Origin: Mustelus asterias
Taxonomy: Eukaryota
Direction of reading: 5' to 3'
Assembly (NCBI RefSeq): GCF_964213995.1
Contig: NC_135807.1
Span: 87,730,001-87,794,000 of the forward strand
DNA: 64,000 nucleotides
Part shown: positions 26,951 to 40,992 of the stretch, one piece after another
Layout: each line of letters begins with the position of its first letter
How positions within the stretch are numbered: position 1 is the stretch's first letter
Translations under genes and position numbers: made by a program
The notes under the pieces: generated by a model
The model's database searches: none
The model's input: the letters and a program-made list of their open reading frames with translations, nothing else
What the model was told of the DNA's origin: nothing

Positions 26951-28989
26951 GACCTAGATAAAGAGATTGGGGCACTCTTTAAAGATGGTGCCCTGTTCTC
27001 AGAGGAACAGAACTTGCTGGCATGTTTAGACCCCGCTCCCCTCATTCGCAGTGCAAATCATCCTGCCCCCTCAAAACAAATGACCATGTTGGGAAGAATT
27101 GTGATCGAAATTGCACCAACAGACCTGGGGGGAATTGGAGATAAGATTTAGTCATCTTTTTGGAGTATTGCACCCTAAGTTTTTTCTTGCCTATCTGCTG
27201 TAGGCTCTAGGCCTCTTCCATGCCTCAGCAATGGTCATAGCTCCATGTGGCGCTGCGGAGGCTGCTGGCCCTCTGATTGGTCGCCTTCTCTTGGGGATAG
27301 GCCATCATCTTTAATAATATTCAAGCCCTTAGGTGGCTACTCAATTGGCTGCTGCTGGTAAAATGCTGCCCCAGACTCTATTGTCCACTCAAGGTGAAAT
27401 TCAAATTAATCCGAGCCAATGGATTGTTGTTACATGTTTGAATGGCACATTGGAAACATTCGCTTGAAGGTTCACTCTAGTGATAGAAAGGAAGAAAGAG
27501 AGAGAGAGAGAGAGATAGAGATAAGTGAGTCAGGATGTATTGATAGGGAATAAATCCAAAAGCTGAATCCTCATGTTACACCCTGAGGTAATTACCGTTA
27601 ATTACCAGACGTGAGTTTACACAGTTACACAAGGAGAGTGCTGATTCAAAAAGAAGGGGAAGAAGGAAGAGAGCAGAACTTCCCCCTTGGAGGCAGTACC
27701 CAGGTATGGTCCTCTCTCCCCAGGGACTGGACTCACCTGTGCATCTCCGGCAGGTCCTGCTCACCAGGTGTACATCATGGGGGACCTGTCATGATTCATA
27801 TCAGCATGCCCGCGTTCTCTGCTTCTCCCAATTTTTAAATTTGGATTCCCGTTATGTCATTGGCGGGGGCCGGGGACAATCGATCGGGAAATCCTGCCAG
27901 TGTAAAAGCTGTTTTGGGACTCTTGCGCTGTTCTCAAACCCCTCGGCTGTTCCCGCCCCCCCGAAAACAGGGGCAGAAAATCCTCCCCATCAGAGTAATA
28001 CTATTGATCAAGAAAGGAGTGAAGGATAAAAGCAGCTAACTGTCAGCAGATAACCTAATATCAATCACAGGCAAACTTATTGGGGGTGAGTGCCTACAGA
28101 TTTAGGCACTCAAAATTTGAAAACTTTCAAACCCAAACCCAATCCACCCATTTCTGGTTCTTTTGGGTGATCAATCCGCTTTCAGGAAAGATGTCAATTG
28201 GGAAACACTCCTCCAATTTTACATGTTTTTTCTATATCACGCATTTTGGTCAGAGTTCCCCGGGCAACCTAACAGACAAAAGCGGTGTTATATTCATAAG
28301 GTAAGTGAATTTACTGCACTGCTTGGGGACCAGGATGAGCAGGAGTGTTCCTGCCAAGTCTAATAAGTTTACCTACTTCTATTTCCCTGATCTTTCCCTG
28401 CAATCTCCCTGCTTTCACACAAGATGCTATGAACTTTGATCTCTCCTCCAGCCAAAAATTCTGCCCCCCGCCACAACCACAATCTCTCCCATCTGGCCAT
28501 GATCCCCTAACCATAATCTGCCCTGCTGACCACCATTATCTGCACCCCCAGACCATGATGCCCAGACTATGACCCCCAGACCATGTTCCCCAGACCATGA
28601 TCTGATGATCCCTGCTGACAACAATCCCTTCCACCCACAATCTCCCCCCAAACCAAGATCTCTTTCTCCCCACTGCAACCTGCCTTCCCAATCAAGATCC
28701 CTGCCCTCCAACCTTCATTTTCATGACCACAATCTACCCCCTCAACCGTGTCCCGTTCCCCTGCCAACCATGATTCCCTCTAACTATAATCTGCCCCTTG
28801 AAACTGATCATTCACTCCTCTTGATTTGTCTCCCCCTCGATACCTACTCACTGCAGCGTGGCCAGGGCATCTTGCAGGCAGCCAGTCAATCAGGTTGATC
28901 GTCAGGTAGGAAGCCTGGTAAAAACATATAAATCCTCGGAAATCTGCACTTTGTTCTCCTCTCCCCCAATGCTTCCTCCCAGCAAATAT

Positions 28990-30500
28990 TGAGACATTAG
29001 AAACTGTACTTAGGGATGGAATTAGTGATAATTTGAAAACATGTCCACTAATTAAGGACAGTCAGCATGGATTTTCTAATGGTAAGTGGTGCTGACAAAT
29101 TTAAGAAAATTTTACAAGAGATAACAGATTGGAGAGATATGAATGATTCAGTTTGTGTGGCGTTTATTGATTCTCAGAAGTTTGATAAGGTGTCTCTCAA
29201 GAGTTTGTTAGAAAAATCTTGTTGGAAAATATAAGAAGAAATGCAGTCCTATGGATGGAGAGTTGGTCAACAGGCAAGAAACAGGTTTCGAATGAATTAG
29301 ATTTTCTCAGTTAGTGGCTGAGTGTTGCTGAGTGTTCTTGTTCTGAGTCTAGTTACTCGATTTGGATTTGCGCAGAAGGAGCACAGATTCAAAGTTGGCT
29401 AATAACAGACATGGGGGCACACAAATGGTGAAGCTGTAGTTCGGTTAGTGGAACAGGCAGGCTGGTGGAATCTGCAATTTATGTGACTAAGTGACAGAAA
29501 TAAAACAAGAGAATGGGTTTAAACACATAATGAATGGATATGAATGAATAAGAAATCTAAAGATTCAAATATAAAATGTTTGAGTGTAAGTAAAGTCGTG
29601 AAACAGGTCAACAGTTTTTTTACATTCTCAATATATGCATAGAGAACAAGATACAATAATAAATCTGTACAAAAATTACAAAGGCTACAGTTGAAGTACT
29701 GTAGACACTTCTGGGTACCCCATTACGGGCGGTATGGTGGCACAGTGGTTACACTGCTGCCTCACAGTGCCAGGGACCCTGGTTCAGTTCCGGCCTCGGG
29801 TGACTACAGAGTCTACATGTTCTCCCCAATTCTGCGTGGGTTTCCTCCGGGTTCTCCGGTTTCCTCCAACAGTCCAAAGATGTGTGGATTAGGTTAATTG
29901 CCCCTTAGTGTCAGGGGGACTAGTGGGGTAAATAAGTGTGCGGTTACGGGGACAAGGCCTGGGTGGAATTGTTGTCGGTGCAGGCTCGATGGGCTGAATG
30001 GCCTCCTTCTGCATTGTAGGGATTCTATTCTATTCTATTGTATTACAGAAAGTACACTAAAGCCATTAAGAATCTACAACAGTGGCAAAGATGGGAAACT
30101 TCAGTAATGAGAAGAGACTTGAAATACTGAAGCTATTCCCATTGGAGCAGAGAAGGCACAGAGGAGGTTCTAAAGTGAATTTTAAAGCTATGAACAGATA
30201 TGATTTAAATGAAGAGTGCAGGATTATTTCCTTTGCGCGAGAAGTCGGTAATGATGACTTATCAATTTCAGAGCCCGAATAATACAGTGGGGAAAGAGGT
30301 GAATGCATTTCTTTATACAGCAGGTTGTTGAGACATGGAATACTTTACAACAAGGAGTGAATGAGGCAGTGACCATTGTATCTATTTAGGGAAAATAATG
30401 GATGATTATTCAAAGAAAACTATGCAAGGCCATGAGGAGAAAGCAGGGCAGGGAGGTGTAACTTGAAATGCTCAAGCAAAGAGATGAATGACAACTTCCT
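28990..30500 (+). mobile_element. Old degenerate CR1 LINE, interrupted by an HE1 SINE
   Basis: Remnants such as cagtcagcatggatt, tttgataaggtg and EKRLEILKLFPLEQRRHRG. Confidence 0.6.
29727..30038 (+). mobile_element. HE1-type SINE
   Basis: Diverged full-length copy with (ttcta)n tail. Confidence 0.82.
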
Positions 30501-32985
30501 GATTTGTTAGATTCGGTAACTAAGAAATCAAACAAATTGAAATTCCTGAAAGCTTAAAATTAACTTGAATTTCCAGTTTAGAATAATTAGGCTCCCATGA
30601 TTACAAAAAAAAAAGTTAGGCAAATGAATCCTGCATTTTTTTAAATGTTATTTACAAAGGTTTACCTTATCTCTTATTATTTTGTTTACTTGAGGGAATA
30701 AATGGAAGTAGATCTACTACAATGATATGACTGCAACTGTTACTTATCTGACTGCTCAATTTTTCTGTGAAATTTATTTACTTGTTATATTTTCTGATGT
30801 GATGCCATACTACTTTCAAGGACTGGTGTGGGAGCATGTGGAGACGTTGGACAGGTCGTATTGCTTAAAGCAATTACCAGACTGGTTTATTTGTTCATCT
30901 CTTGGGTACATTTCCAAAATTTTACCTATATCACAAGCAAGGACAGACATTCTTGATGATATGGGAAATTAGGATTCACACATGAGTAACGCTCCTCACT
31001 GCAACCTGAAAGGTATTGTGTAGGTTTTGATGAAGGTTAAATACTGTGTAACCAGGCAGAACAATTCAAAGGTAGGACAGATTAAAAAAACTGGATGCAC
31101 ACAATTAAATTTTACAGGCAACACTGCTGATGTGGGTAATTTAAAATAGGAGGTTGAAATAATCAATAGTAAAGGTCACAGAAAGGCAACAATCACCTTG
31201 CTATGTATTATGGAAACATCTCAAAATGATTCCAGATACAGGAATTACATTGAAATGCAGTGACTGTTATATGCACAAATTTGGCTGTCAGCATCGTCCC
31301 AAAAACACAATCGAATTGAATGCGCAGTTAATATTTTCAATGACTTGCATTTACATAGCACCTCCTTCTTGAAGCCAGCTCCACAACAATTCAGGCTAAA
31401 CTCCTGCAAAATCAACCACAATAGATTGGACATAGTGGGTGGGATTTTCTGGCCGCGCTCACCCCAAGACAGGAAAATCCCGCCTGAGGTCAGCGGACCT
31501 TTGCATGGTCCTGTCCTGCCCACTACGGTTCCCGTGGCAGGCCGGATGAGAAAATTCCGCCCAACGTCTTGATGGGCGAAAACCGTATCCCTGCTAGGTC
31601 CTGTTTTCTGAACTCGCAAATGGTCAGCGTTCCAGAGGAGGAAAACAAAAATGCTTCAAAGATACTTTGAAGCTCTCCTTGAAGTGCGGCAGCATTGACC
31701 TTAATGACTGGGAGGAGCTTGCTACCAAACCTTCAAAATAGCCACTGCTTGTCCACCAAGCTGAATCATGCTTTGAGTCACAAAGTTTTAATGATGAGAC
31801 AGAGAAGGAAAGAAAAAGAAGCAAATGTTGCACTCCCATTCCCTTGTGGAATATCCTGCTCCATGTGCCAAAGGATCTGTGCTTAAAGAATCAGCCTATT
31901 CAGTCACATGAAGACCCTCGAATCAAGGGGCAGCTGACATCAATGACGACAAAGTAAAGAATTTCCAGCGCCTTGAATCATATCTTAAGTGGGCAGAATA
32001 CAAAAGTGGAAGGGATTACGAAGGGTAACCAATAACTAGGATAAAGAGATGAATTTTACAACGGCTTTTAAAGATGGAGAGAGGGGGACAGATTCAGAGA
32101 ATTTTAGAAAGGACGTTGCAAAAAAAGAACGATACGATCTCCAGGGGGGAAACCATGAACCAAATTTAGCAAATGGCGCCCAAATGACAAAATTACCAAC
32201 ACAATTTCACTTTGTAAAATTCTTACTTTAACACAAATCAGAATCAATACAATCTAAATATGAATTAGCAGGCAAATGATATTTCAAATAAAAAGACACG
32301 TTCACTGTAAATAGTCAATGCAACAAAGATACATCTTACATGACCACAAACACTTCATCACCACCTCCCCCCCCCCCCCCCCTCCAGATAGCGGCACCAT
32401 ATGAATTTCTAAAATTCTCCAACTTAGCCTTTGACGTGTAAGGTTTCTCACTTTCCCACTCTATTGATTTGGCCCTCAAGTCACATTCACTGCAGCCATA
32501 TTCTATCTGAGATCCTTGGAGACAGCTGTCAGCTGAACAGTACGTTCCTGCAGAACCTCCTTAGCTAGGTTTACTGCAATCTTAATGGCAGTTCCCTAGA
32601 GACTCTTCTGTCCAATCTCTTTAATAAACTCTGTTAAATGGCCTGGCTCACTCAGGCAAAACTGAAGCAACAGCAGTAAACCTGTCTAATTGACAATCCC
32701 TGCTCTAACCCTGTCTGTGCCTTTCTGTCATGTTAAAGTATTTTACACATGCAGCTCCTTTGAAATGTGCCTTCTCTGTTCTCGCTTTTGCTTCAGCTTT
32801 TCCTTTGTTTGCAGCTCTCCTTGTGTCCAGCTACACAAATTCCTTCTTAACTTCCTTCCTGTTTGTACTACTCCTTTGTCAAGGGTTGGCAGGTCACACA
32901 GACTAGTAATTCTCATTATTCAAGAAAATTAAAATGGATCCATTTACAATCGATGCAAACTCTAAACAAGTCCGCTCCACGCATT

Positions 32986-33121
32986 GGCCGGAATTATCCA
33001 ACCTCGCCCGCAGCTGAAATGCTCCAGTCCCGCTGCAGTGAATGGACACTTGGCTGAGTGCCAAATTTTCCGTTCTCGCTGCCAGTAACGGTGGGGCATC
33101 CAACATCGGAGAATTCTGGCC
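32986..33121. mobile_element. Harbinger-type MITE (representative; similar copies near 17830-18290, 31438-31563, 54751-54878)
   Basis: Imperfect TIRs ggccggaatt / aattctggcc with a 3-bp TSD ATT. Confidence 0.65.
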
Positions 33122-33787
33122 ATTCTTAAAATCAATTACAGATTCCACAGACATTTTAAAGAAATTATAAATCTTCCTTACTGCATGCTTCTGGGTCAAA
33201 GGTCATTGCGATAAGACTGAGGCAATTGAAGGAGCCCCAATCAGGAGTGGACCAATGTGAGTGCTGATACACAGAGCAATACAATGATACTTTAGCTCTT
33301 TTTTTCCTTTTCAAAATTGAGAAATGGACAAATTCTTGCATTACTGATGTTTTTTTCATCAGTTAGCCCTTTTAGGAATAGCAGAATAGAAGTTTTAGCT
33401 CATATTTTATGAGATCCTAATCATCTGAATGGTGTATCATACTGAGGTGTTACTTAAAACTATACTTAAAATATGGAATACAAGTAAAACCCATATTGTG
33501 TATGTATGGTGGCTACTTGAATGTGGATATCAAATCTCGAGCAAGTGAACTTGCTTTCTTGTGGAAGGTCATTCTTGAAAGTGTCGTTCAGTACGAGTAT
33601 GCAGGATTTTCGTTGTACTACCTATGCTCAAATCAACCTGTACTTTCATCAATAACAACAACAAGGTATTAGTGTAATGAACCATTCCAAGGTGTTTCAC
33701 AGGAGGATTATAAAGAAAATTTGACACTTGACCACATAGGGTGACAATATATTTGATGACCAAAAGCTTCATTAAATAGGTAAGTTA

Positions 33788-34390
33788 ATAGGGGCTTAGA
33801 GTACAAGAGCAAGGAGGATATGCTGAACTTGTATAGGAGACTGGTTAGACCTCAGCTGAAGCATTGTGTACTTTCTGGGTACTGCATTATAGGAAGGATG
33901 TGAATGCATTGGAGAAAGTGCAGAAGCGGTTTACAAAGATGGCTCCAGGGATGAAAAACTTCACTTATGAAGATAGATTGGAGAATTTGTTACAGTTTTC
34001 CTTGCGGAGAAGAAGACTAAGAAGAGATTTGATGGAGGCATTTAAAATCATGAGGGGGCTGGACAAAGTAGATAGGAAGAAATTGTTCCTGCTCGTAAAA
34101 GGACTGAGAAAGAGAGGACAGATTTAAAATGATTTGCAAAAGAAGCAAATGTATGTGAGATTTCTTTTTCCACACAGTGAGTGGTTTTGGTCTTGAATGC
34201 ACTGCCTGGGAAGTGTGGTGGAGGCAGATTCAATTGAGCTGCTCAAGAGGGGATTAGCTGATTATTTGAATAGAAACAATGTGCAAGTTAATGGGGCAGA
34301 GGCAGGAGAAAAACACTTGATGCTCATTTGGAGAGACAGTGCAGACATGATGGGTCAAATGGCCTCCTTCTGCACTGTAACAATTCTAAG
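33788..34390 (+). mobile_element. Degenerate CR1 LINE 3' fragment
   Basis: FWVLHYRKDVNALEKVQKRFTKM...RRDLMEAFKIMRG, ending in the ggcctccttctgcactgtaa tail. Confidence 0.8.
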
Positions 34391-34519
34391 GATGCGATCA
34401 TACCTGCTGTTCACACCACACTCCCGTTGCAGCGAAGGCGGATAATTTAGCAGCCGGCCAAATCTCCATTCACTGCAGCAGGTTGGGAAAATCCCACCGG
34501 CTTGAACGGTAATAAGATT

Positions 34520-37072
34520 CCAGGTTATGATTTTGATTCTGTCTTAAAAGTAGGAAGGGAGGAAGAGAGATGGAGAGATTTATGGATGGAATTTCTAGAG
34601 CTTGGGTGCTAGGTATCTGAAACCATGGCCACCAAAGGCGACTACTAAAACTGGGGATGCTAAACAGGCCGAAATTAGATAAGTGTGGATATTTTGGAAG
34701 ATTGTGAGGCTGGAGAAGATTACAGAGAAAAGGAGGGGCAAGTCCATGGATGTAGTTGAAACAAGGATGAGAATTTTCAAATTGAGATATTGCTTGACTG
34801 GGTAGGGTAGCGGATACAGAGGTGTTAGAGGAATGGAAATTGGTGCAAGCAAGGACATGAGAAGCAAAGTTTGCATGACCTTGATTTAGGGAGCATGGAA
34901 TGGCAGAGGCCAGTCAGTAACTTGTGTCAGATCTAAAGGTAAAAATGCCAGGTATTTGCAGTAGATAAACTGAGGCAGGTGTTGAGTCAAGTGATGTTAC
35001 GGAGATGGAAATAGGTGGTCTTAGTTATGGCATGAATATGTGGTCAAAACACATCTCAGCTCAAATATGACAGCATGGTTGCTAAGGAACTGGTTTAGCC
35101 TCAGACAGTTACAGGGAGAGGGATGGAGTCAATTGAGAATGGAGTTTGTAGCATAGAAACATAGAACCATAGAAAACTACAGCACAAAACAGGCCCTTCG
35201 GCCCCACAAGTTGTGCCGAACATATCCCTACCTTCTAGGCCTACCTATAACCCTCCATCCTATTAAGTCCCATGTACTCATCCAGGAGTCTCTTAAAAGA
35301 CCCTATTGAGTTTGCCTCCACCACCACTGACGGCAGCCGATTCCACTCGCATACCACCCTCTGTGTGAAAAACGTCCCCCTAACATTTCCCCTGTACCTA
35401 CCCCCCAGCACCTTAAACCTGTGTCCTCTCGTAGCAGCCATTTCCACCCTGGGACAAAGTCTCCACCCGATCTATACCTCTCAATATGGACTTGCAACTT
35501 TAGTCATTTCGAGTGGGAGAAAATTTATCTTCACCCAGTGCTGGATATTGGACAAGCGATCTAATCATTTGGAGACGATGGAAGAGTTGAGAGAGGTGGT
35601 GATATGTTAGGGCCATATACCATCATGAGGACACCTATGTTACATTTTTGGATGATGTTACCAAGGGGAAGCATGTCAGTGCCAAATAGGAGGGGGATTA
35701 AGGATAGATCCTTGGGATACACTGGGGTAAAGATGCCAGAGTGGGAAGCGAAGCCACTGTAAGTGACACTCTGGATATGAATACATAGATCAGAATGGCG
35801 AATGCAGTCCCATGCAGCTGGAGAATTGGATGGGAACGGTGTAGTCAGCCACACCAAATGCAGATGCAAACAGGTCAGGAAGAACAAAGAGAGAAAACTT
35901 AGCTTTGCTGCAATCGCTTAGGATGTCAGTTGTGACTTTGCTTTGTTTGAATCCCTCTAATTGGATTTCCATCCCTACCACAACACCTGGAAACCCAATT
36001 GAAGGGATTCAAACAAAGCTCTCCAGGATCTCCAGATCTCCAAACAGGCACAGAAACGATAGGCCACTTGGCCTCTTTCTGTGCTGTAAACCTTCGATGA
36101 TTCTGAAAGATGGGCATGGATTTCGGAGGCTGCAACTCTTTCAGGGACTTTGGAGAGGAAAGGGAAGCTGGAGTTGGAATGGTCGTTTGCAAGGATGGTG
36201 AGGTCACATGTTGATTTATTGAGGTGAGGGTTGATGGTGGTGTGTTGGAAGGAGTGAAGGACAGCACCTGAAGGGAGAGAACCATTAATATGGGGACCTG
36301 GAAGGGAAGTTGGATGGTCAGCAAGTTCATAGCTCGAGGATTTGAGAGAGCAAGAGGTGAAAATCGTGGCCAAGATGAGTACAGAAAGGAGGGAAATAAG
36401 AGAAAGAGGAAAGTTCAGAGCCGGGGCAGGGAAGAACTTTAGAGGGGGTTTGGTTAGGTGAACTATTTGAAGGAAAGCAACAAAGGCACTTGCTTGGATG
36501 CTCTCAATCTTAATTACAAAGAAATTCATTAGCTCCTTGCATTTATGGTTGGAGGTTTTGCAAAGGAGACAGGGGAAAGGGATTTAAGAGGAACATTTAG
36601 CAGCGGAAGAAAGAAGCCAAGGGTTATCTGTGCATTCCAGGAAGATTCTGGAATATAGAGCTGTTTTAGGAAGCCAGAGCAGGATCCTATCGTTCTCCAG
36701 CTAGATCTGGAGGTGAATGGTTAAACCAGTCATTGTTATCTGACCAAGTCTGCATTTCGTGGTCTTCCATTAACAGAGTTGAGTGCCGTACCAAGAGAAT
36801 GGCCATGGTGAGAGGGAGTAATGGCTTTAGTGCAGACTATGGCTTCAGAGCTGGAGCTGAGAGTGTGTTTGAGCAAATCAGTAGCTGCAGGAATGTTGTG
36901 GCGAGTGGAGGATTGAAAGATACAATTGAGATTTTAAAAGTTGTGAGTGAATTGGAGGATAAATTTTCCAGAGGCGGAGAAGTGGTTTGATGGATGATGT
37001 AAAGGGGAATGTGGGTGGAAAGTGACACAAGAAAATGATCAGCAATGTCCTTATTGAGGATGGAAACCATTA
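34520..37072 (-). mobile_element. Degenerate L2-clade LINE with a CR1 3' fragment inserted at about 35154-35480
   Basis: Minus-strand remnants FLSKVPERVAASEIHAHL, PLLFGTDMLPLG and NLKILILV; the insert encodes ATRGHRFKVLGGRYRGNVRGTFFTQRVV. Confidence 0.7.
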
Positions 37073-37776
37073 TGTTTCAAACGGTTTTTTGCATTATGAA
37101 ATATTTTATGGAATGTTTTATGTTGTTAATAGCTTTCTCCGGCCATGTTTTTGAAAATAATTTAAATTGACTCCATTATAGAGGGATTCTTTCATAGAAA
37201 AGCTTTAATTATCTGGTACTGTCACGAACCTATAATTAGAGCAAATGATTTGTTTTGTTGTCACTCCAATCTGCTCACAAAACCACATTTTTTCCGCCAC
37301 CAAGAATTTTAATTGGGAAGTTATGCCACACACCATAAGTGTGGAGCGTGTTGTGGGACTGCAACAAATTATTTGCATACAAATGATCCATGAAGCTAGT
37401 CCAGAGAGACTGGAAATATCAGACTGACAGAGAGCACAAAGCCAATGTAAGAATGGAAAAAATGTAACAGGTATTTTCAATAAAACAGAGAACATATAAA
37501 TGGAGGAGAGTATTTATCATACAACAGCAATCAACAGATTGAGGGGGGATTTGTGTGCAGAGGTACCATCTATATTGTTTTATTAAATTGTGAACTTGCT
37601 TCATATCTTCTCAATAATGAACGTTTATCTATGTCCAAATAATTACATGAAAAATAAGAGAGCACTACATTTTTATTTTGAAAAGGAGCATTCTTGATGA
37701 TCGTTCATAATTGATAACAGTAAATTCTTATATTCTTAATCCTTACAATCTTTCACATCATCGTGTTTCTTACCAG

Positions 37777-37881
37777 GATTTTGCAGCTCCATTCTCCTCG
37801 TGTTCCTGGTCGTGTTTTGTTCTGATGGTGTCACTACGCGCAGTATCCGTAAACACCGGCGTGGTAACAGGGAAGTAAATA
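37777..37881 (+). CDS. Coding exon 2: hydrophobic signal-peptide core plus basic propeptide (GFCSSILLVFLVVFCSDGVTTRSIRKHRRGNREVN)
   Basis: Acceptor tgtttcttaccag|GA and donor AAT A|gtgagt; 105 nt, phase 1/1, open frame, joins exon 3 in frame. Confidence 0.75.
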
Positions 37882-39089
37882 GTGAGTATTCAAGCACGCA
37901 TGTACTGAACTGAAATAATCAGAAGTTTTCAGTCCAGTGAAACCTCGGTAAGATGACCAATTCAAATGATCTTTTCAATGAATTGCACCCTCAGGTTTTT
38001 GCTTTGTTGACATTAGTTATCCAATCCAACACTGACCAATATATTCCGATGTCAACAGCTGGCTCACTCAGCAAACTTCATTTAGCAGATACTTAATATG
38101 AACTATGGAAGTAAAAATTAATTTGTTAACTTGGTTAAATCGGGCTAAGGTCAAGCGTAAGATCACGCTTGTGATCAGGTGTACTACCTGTTCTTGTCAG
38201 CTTGGATCTGGTATGTCCCTCGCCTGGGGACCATGAATTGAATTGGTTTTTGGAGCAAGTAGATGGATTCAGGGCTTGCCCCATCCACTCTGCACATTGG
38301 CTTAGTAACTCTGAGAGAGGAATGAAAAATAAGTTACTAAGTTAGTTAAAATGATAAACTGCAATTAAGCCAATTCACTGAAGTAGAACATTTTAAAGAA
38401 TCGAGAGGAGCAAAGAACCATAGAATTCTTACAATGCAGAAAGGGGCCCTTCAGCCCATCGAGTCTGCACTGACTCTCTGAAGAGGAACTCACCCAGGCA
38501 TCCCCCCCCCCCCCCCCCCCCCACCCCCCGACCCCAACCCCCGCCCTATTCCTGTAACCCTGTACATTTACCATGGTGACTAATCAACCTAACCTACACA
38601 TCTTTGCATACTAAGGGGCGATTCAGCATGGCCATTCCACCTTTGAAAATTGGAGTAAATTGCAATGGTTCTACTTTCATTAACTAGACAACTACATGCT
38701 GTTGGGAATGCTTACGATTCCTCTGACCTCAAGAGTTATTAGCGGGACGACAATGCCTGGTAAGGTGCTTAGGACACCTTGAGGAGTCACATTAAATGTG
38801 GACCACTGGTCCCACTGACAGGATGTGTGAATCATGCGAACAGCCTGTCCAACTTGCTTATGCAAATAACTGAAGATGAATCTTTCAATCTAAAGATCAA
38901 CTGTCTGAAGAAGCAATCCCAAAAGAGCAGAGCTGGGGTCATTTCTTAAATCGAAACAGATTTAGGAAACACATTTTCTGCTCTACCACCTTACCAGAAT
39001 TATGGTCATTATAAAGTTTGTATCATTTCTGAGGAACACAATTTAATTTGATGATAAGGTTCTGTTCTAGATTAAGTTTTAAATTGTGA

Positions 39090-39413
39090 GCGGCACGGTG
39101 GCACAGTGGTTAGCGCTGCTGCCTCACAGCGCCAGGGATCCAGGTTAGATTCCTGGTTTGGGTCACTGTCTGTGTGGAGTTTGCACATTCTCCCCGTGTC
39201 TGCATGGGTTTCCTCCGGGTGCTCCGGTTTCCTCCCACAGTCCAAAGATGTGCGGGTTAAGTGGATTGGCCATGCTAAATTGCCCCTTAGTGTCAGGGGA
39301 ATAGCCAGGGTAAATGCATGGTGTTATGGGGATAGGGCCTGGATGAGATTGTGGTCGGTGCAGACCCAATGGACTGAATGGTCTCCTTTTGCACTGTAGG
39401 ATTCTATGATTCT
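39090..39413 (+). mobile_element. HE1-type SINE
   Basis: Full-length forward copy. Confidence 0.88.
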
Positions 39414-40277
39414 AAATCTGTTAATTTGGTGCATTTAAAGATTGTTTGGAAATTTGTGCTGAAAATCATATTGGGTTGGATTTTACAGCTGCAAATCAGA
39501 GCCCCTGCACTCACATTAAATATGGTAATGACATTGGGTCGGCAATCTGTTGTCATCCAGCCAGTTTCCCATAAAATGGAAGGCGAACAGGCGCCAAAAT
39601 TGGAAATCCACCCGCCATTTTGAAAATAACAATTAGCAGAAACAAACGTGTTAAAGAGGTAATTGACTGCAATTTTACATTGCTCACTCCATTTATCGGT
39701 AGTCACATGGGTAAAACCTTTGATTTGATTTGATTTTTGATTTGATTTATTATTGTCCCATGTATTAATATACAGTATATGTGCTACACAAACAAAGCAT
39801 ACTGGACATAAAGGAAACAAGAGAGTGCAGAATGTAGTGTTACAGTCATAGCTAGGGTGCAGAGAAAGATCAACTTAGTGCGAGGTAGGTCCATTCAAAA
39901 GTCTACCAGCAGCACGGAAAAAGCTGTTCTTGAGTCGGTTGGGACGGGTCCTCAGACTTTTGACTTTTGTACCTTTTTCCCAATGGAAGAAGGTGGAAGA
40001 GAGGATGTCCGGTGTGCGTGGGGTCCTTAATTATGCTGGCTGCTTTTCTGAAGGTGCGGGAAGTGTAGACAGAGTCAATGGGTGAGAGGCTGGTTTGAGT
40101 GATGGACTGGGCTTCGTTCATGACCCTTTGTAGTTTCTTGGGGTCTTTGACAGAGCAGCAGCCATACCAAGCTGTGATACAACCAGAAAGAATGCTTTCT
40201 TTGGTGCATCTGTCAAGGTTGGTGAGAAGTCTCACAACACCAGGTTAAAGTCCAACAGGTTTATTTGGTAGCAAAAG

Positions 40278-40316
40278 CCACTAGCTTTCGGAACAGGCTG
40301 TCCCTTCGTCAGGTGG
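40278..40316 (-). ncRNA. Minimal hammerhead ribozyme motif (inverted PLE copy)
   Basis: Reverse complement of the motif at 41847-41885. Confidence 0.7.
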
Positions 40317-40992
40317 CTGGGAGTTCTGATTACAAACAGGGGGCACAAAGACACAAACTCAATTTACATGAATAATGATTGGAATGTGAGTCTTTACAGC
40401 TAATCAAGTCTTAAAGGTACAGACAATGTGAGTGGAGGGAGCATTAAGCACAGGTTAAAGAGATGTGTATTGTCACCAGACAGGACAGCTAGTGAGATTT
40501 TGCACATCCAGGCAGGTTGTGGGGGTTACAGATAGTGTGACATGAACCTAATATCCCGGTTGAGGCCGTCCTCATGTGTGCAGAACCTGGCTAAGAGTCT
40601 CTGCTCAGCGACTCTGCGCTGTCGTGTGTCATGAAGGCCGCCTTGGAGAACGCTTACCCAGAGATCAGAGGCTGAATGCCCGTGACCGCTGAAATGCTCC
40701 CCAACAGGAAGAGAACAGTCTTGCCTGGTGATTGTCGAGCGGTGTTCATTCATCCGTTGTCGTAGCATCTGCATGGTTTCCCCAATGTACCATGCCTCGG
40801 GACATCCTTTCCTGCAACGTAACAGGTAGACAATGTTGGCTGAATTGCCAGAGTATGTACCGTATACCTGGTGGATGGTGTCATAATGCCCTCATAAGAA
40901 CAGGATATGGCGCTCGACTCTTCGATTGACAGTTCCGATGCGCCACAGCGAAAAACCGCACCGACCTCCTCAGAAGACAAACATGGGACACG

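Noticed and set aside
27573-27778. Possible solo LTR on the minus strand (TG...CA ends)
   Set aside because: No matching target-site duplication and no second copy in the window.
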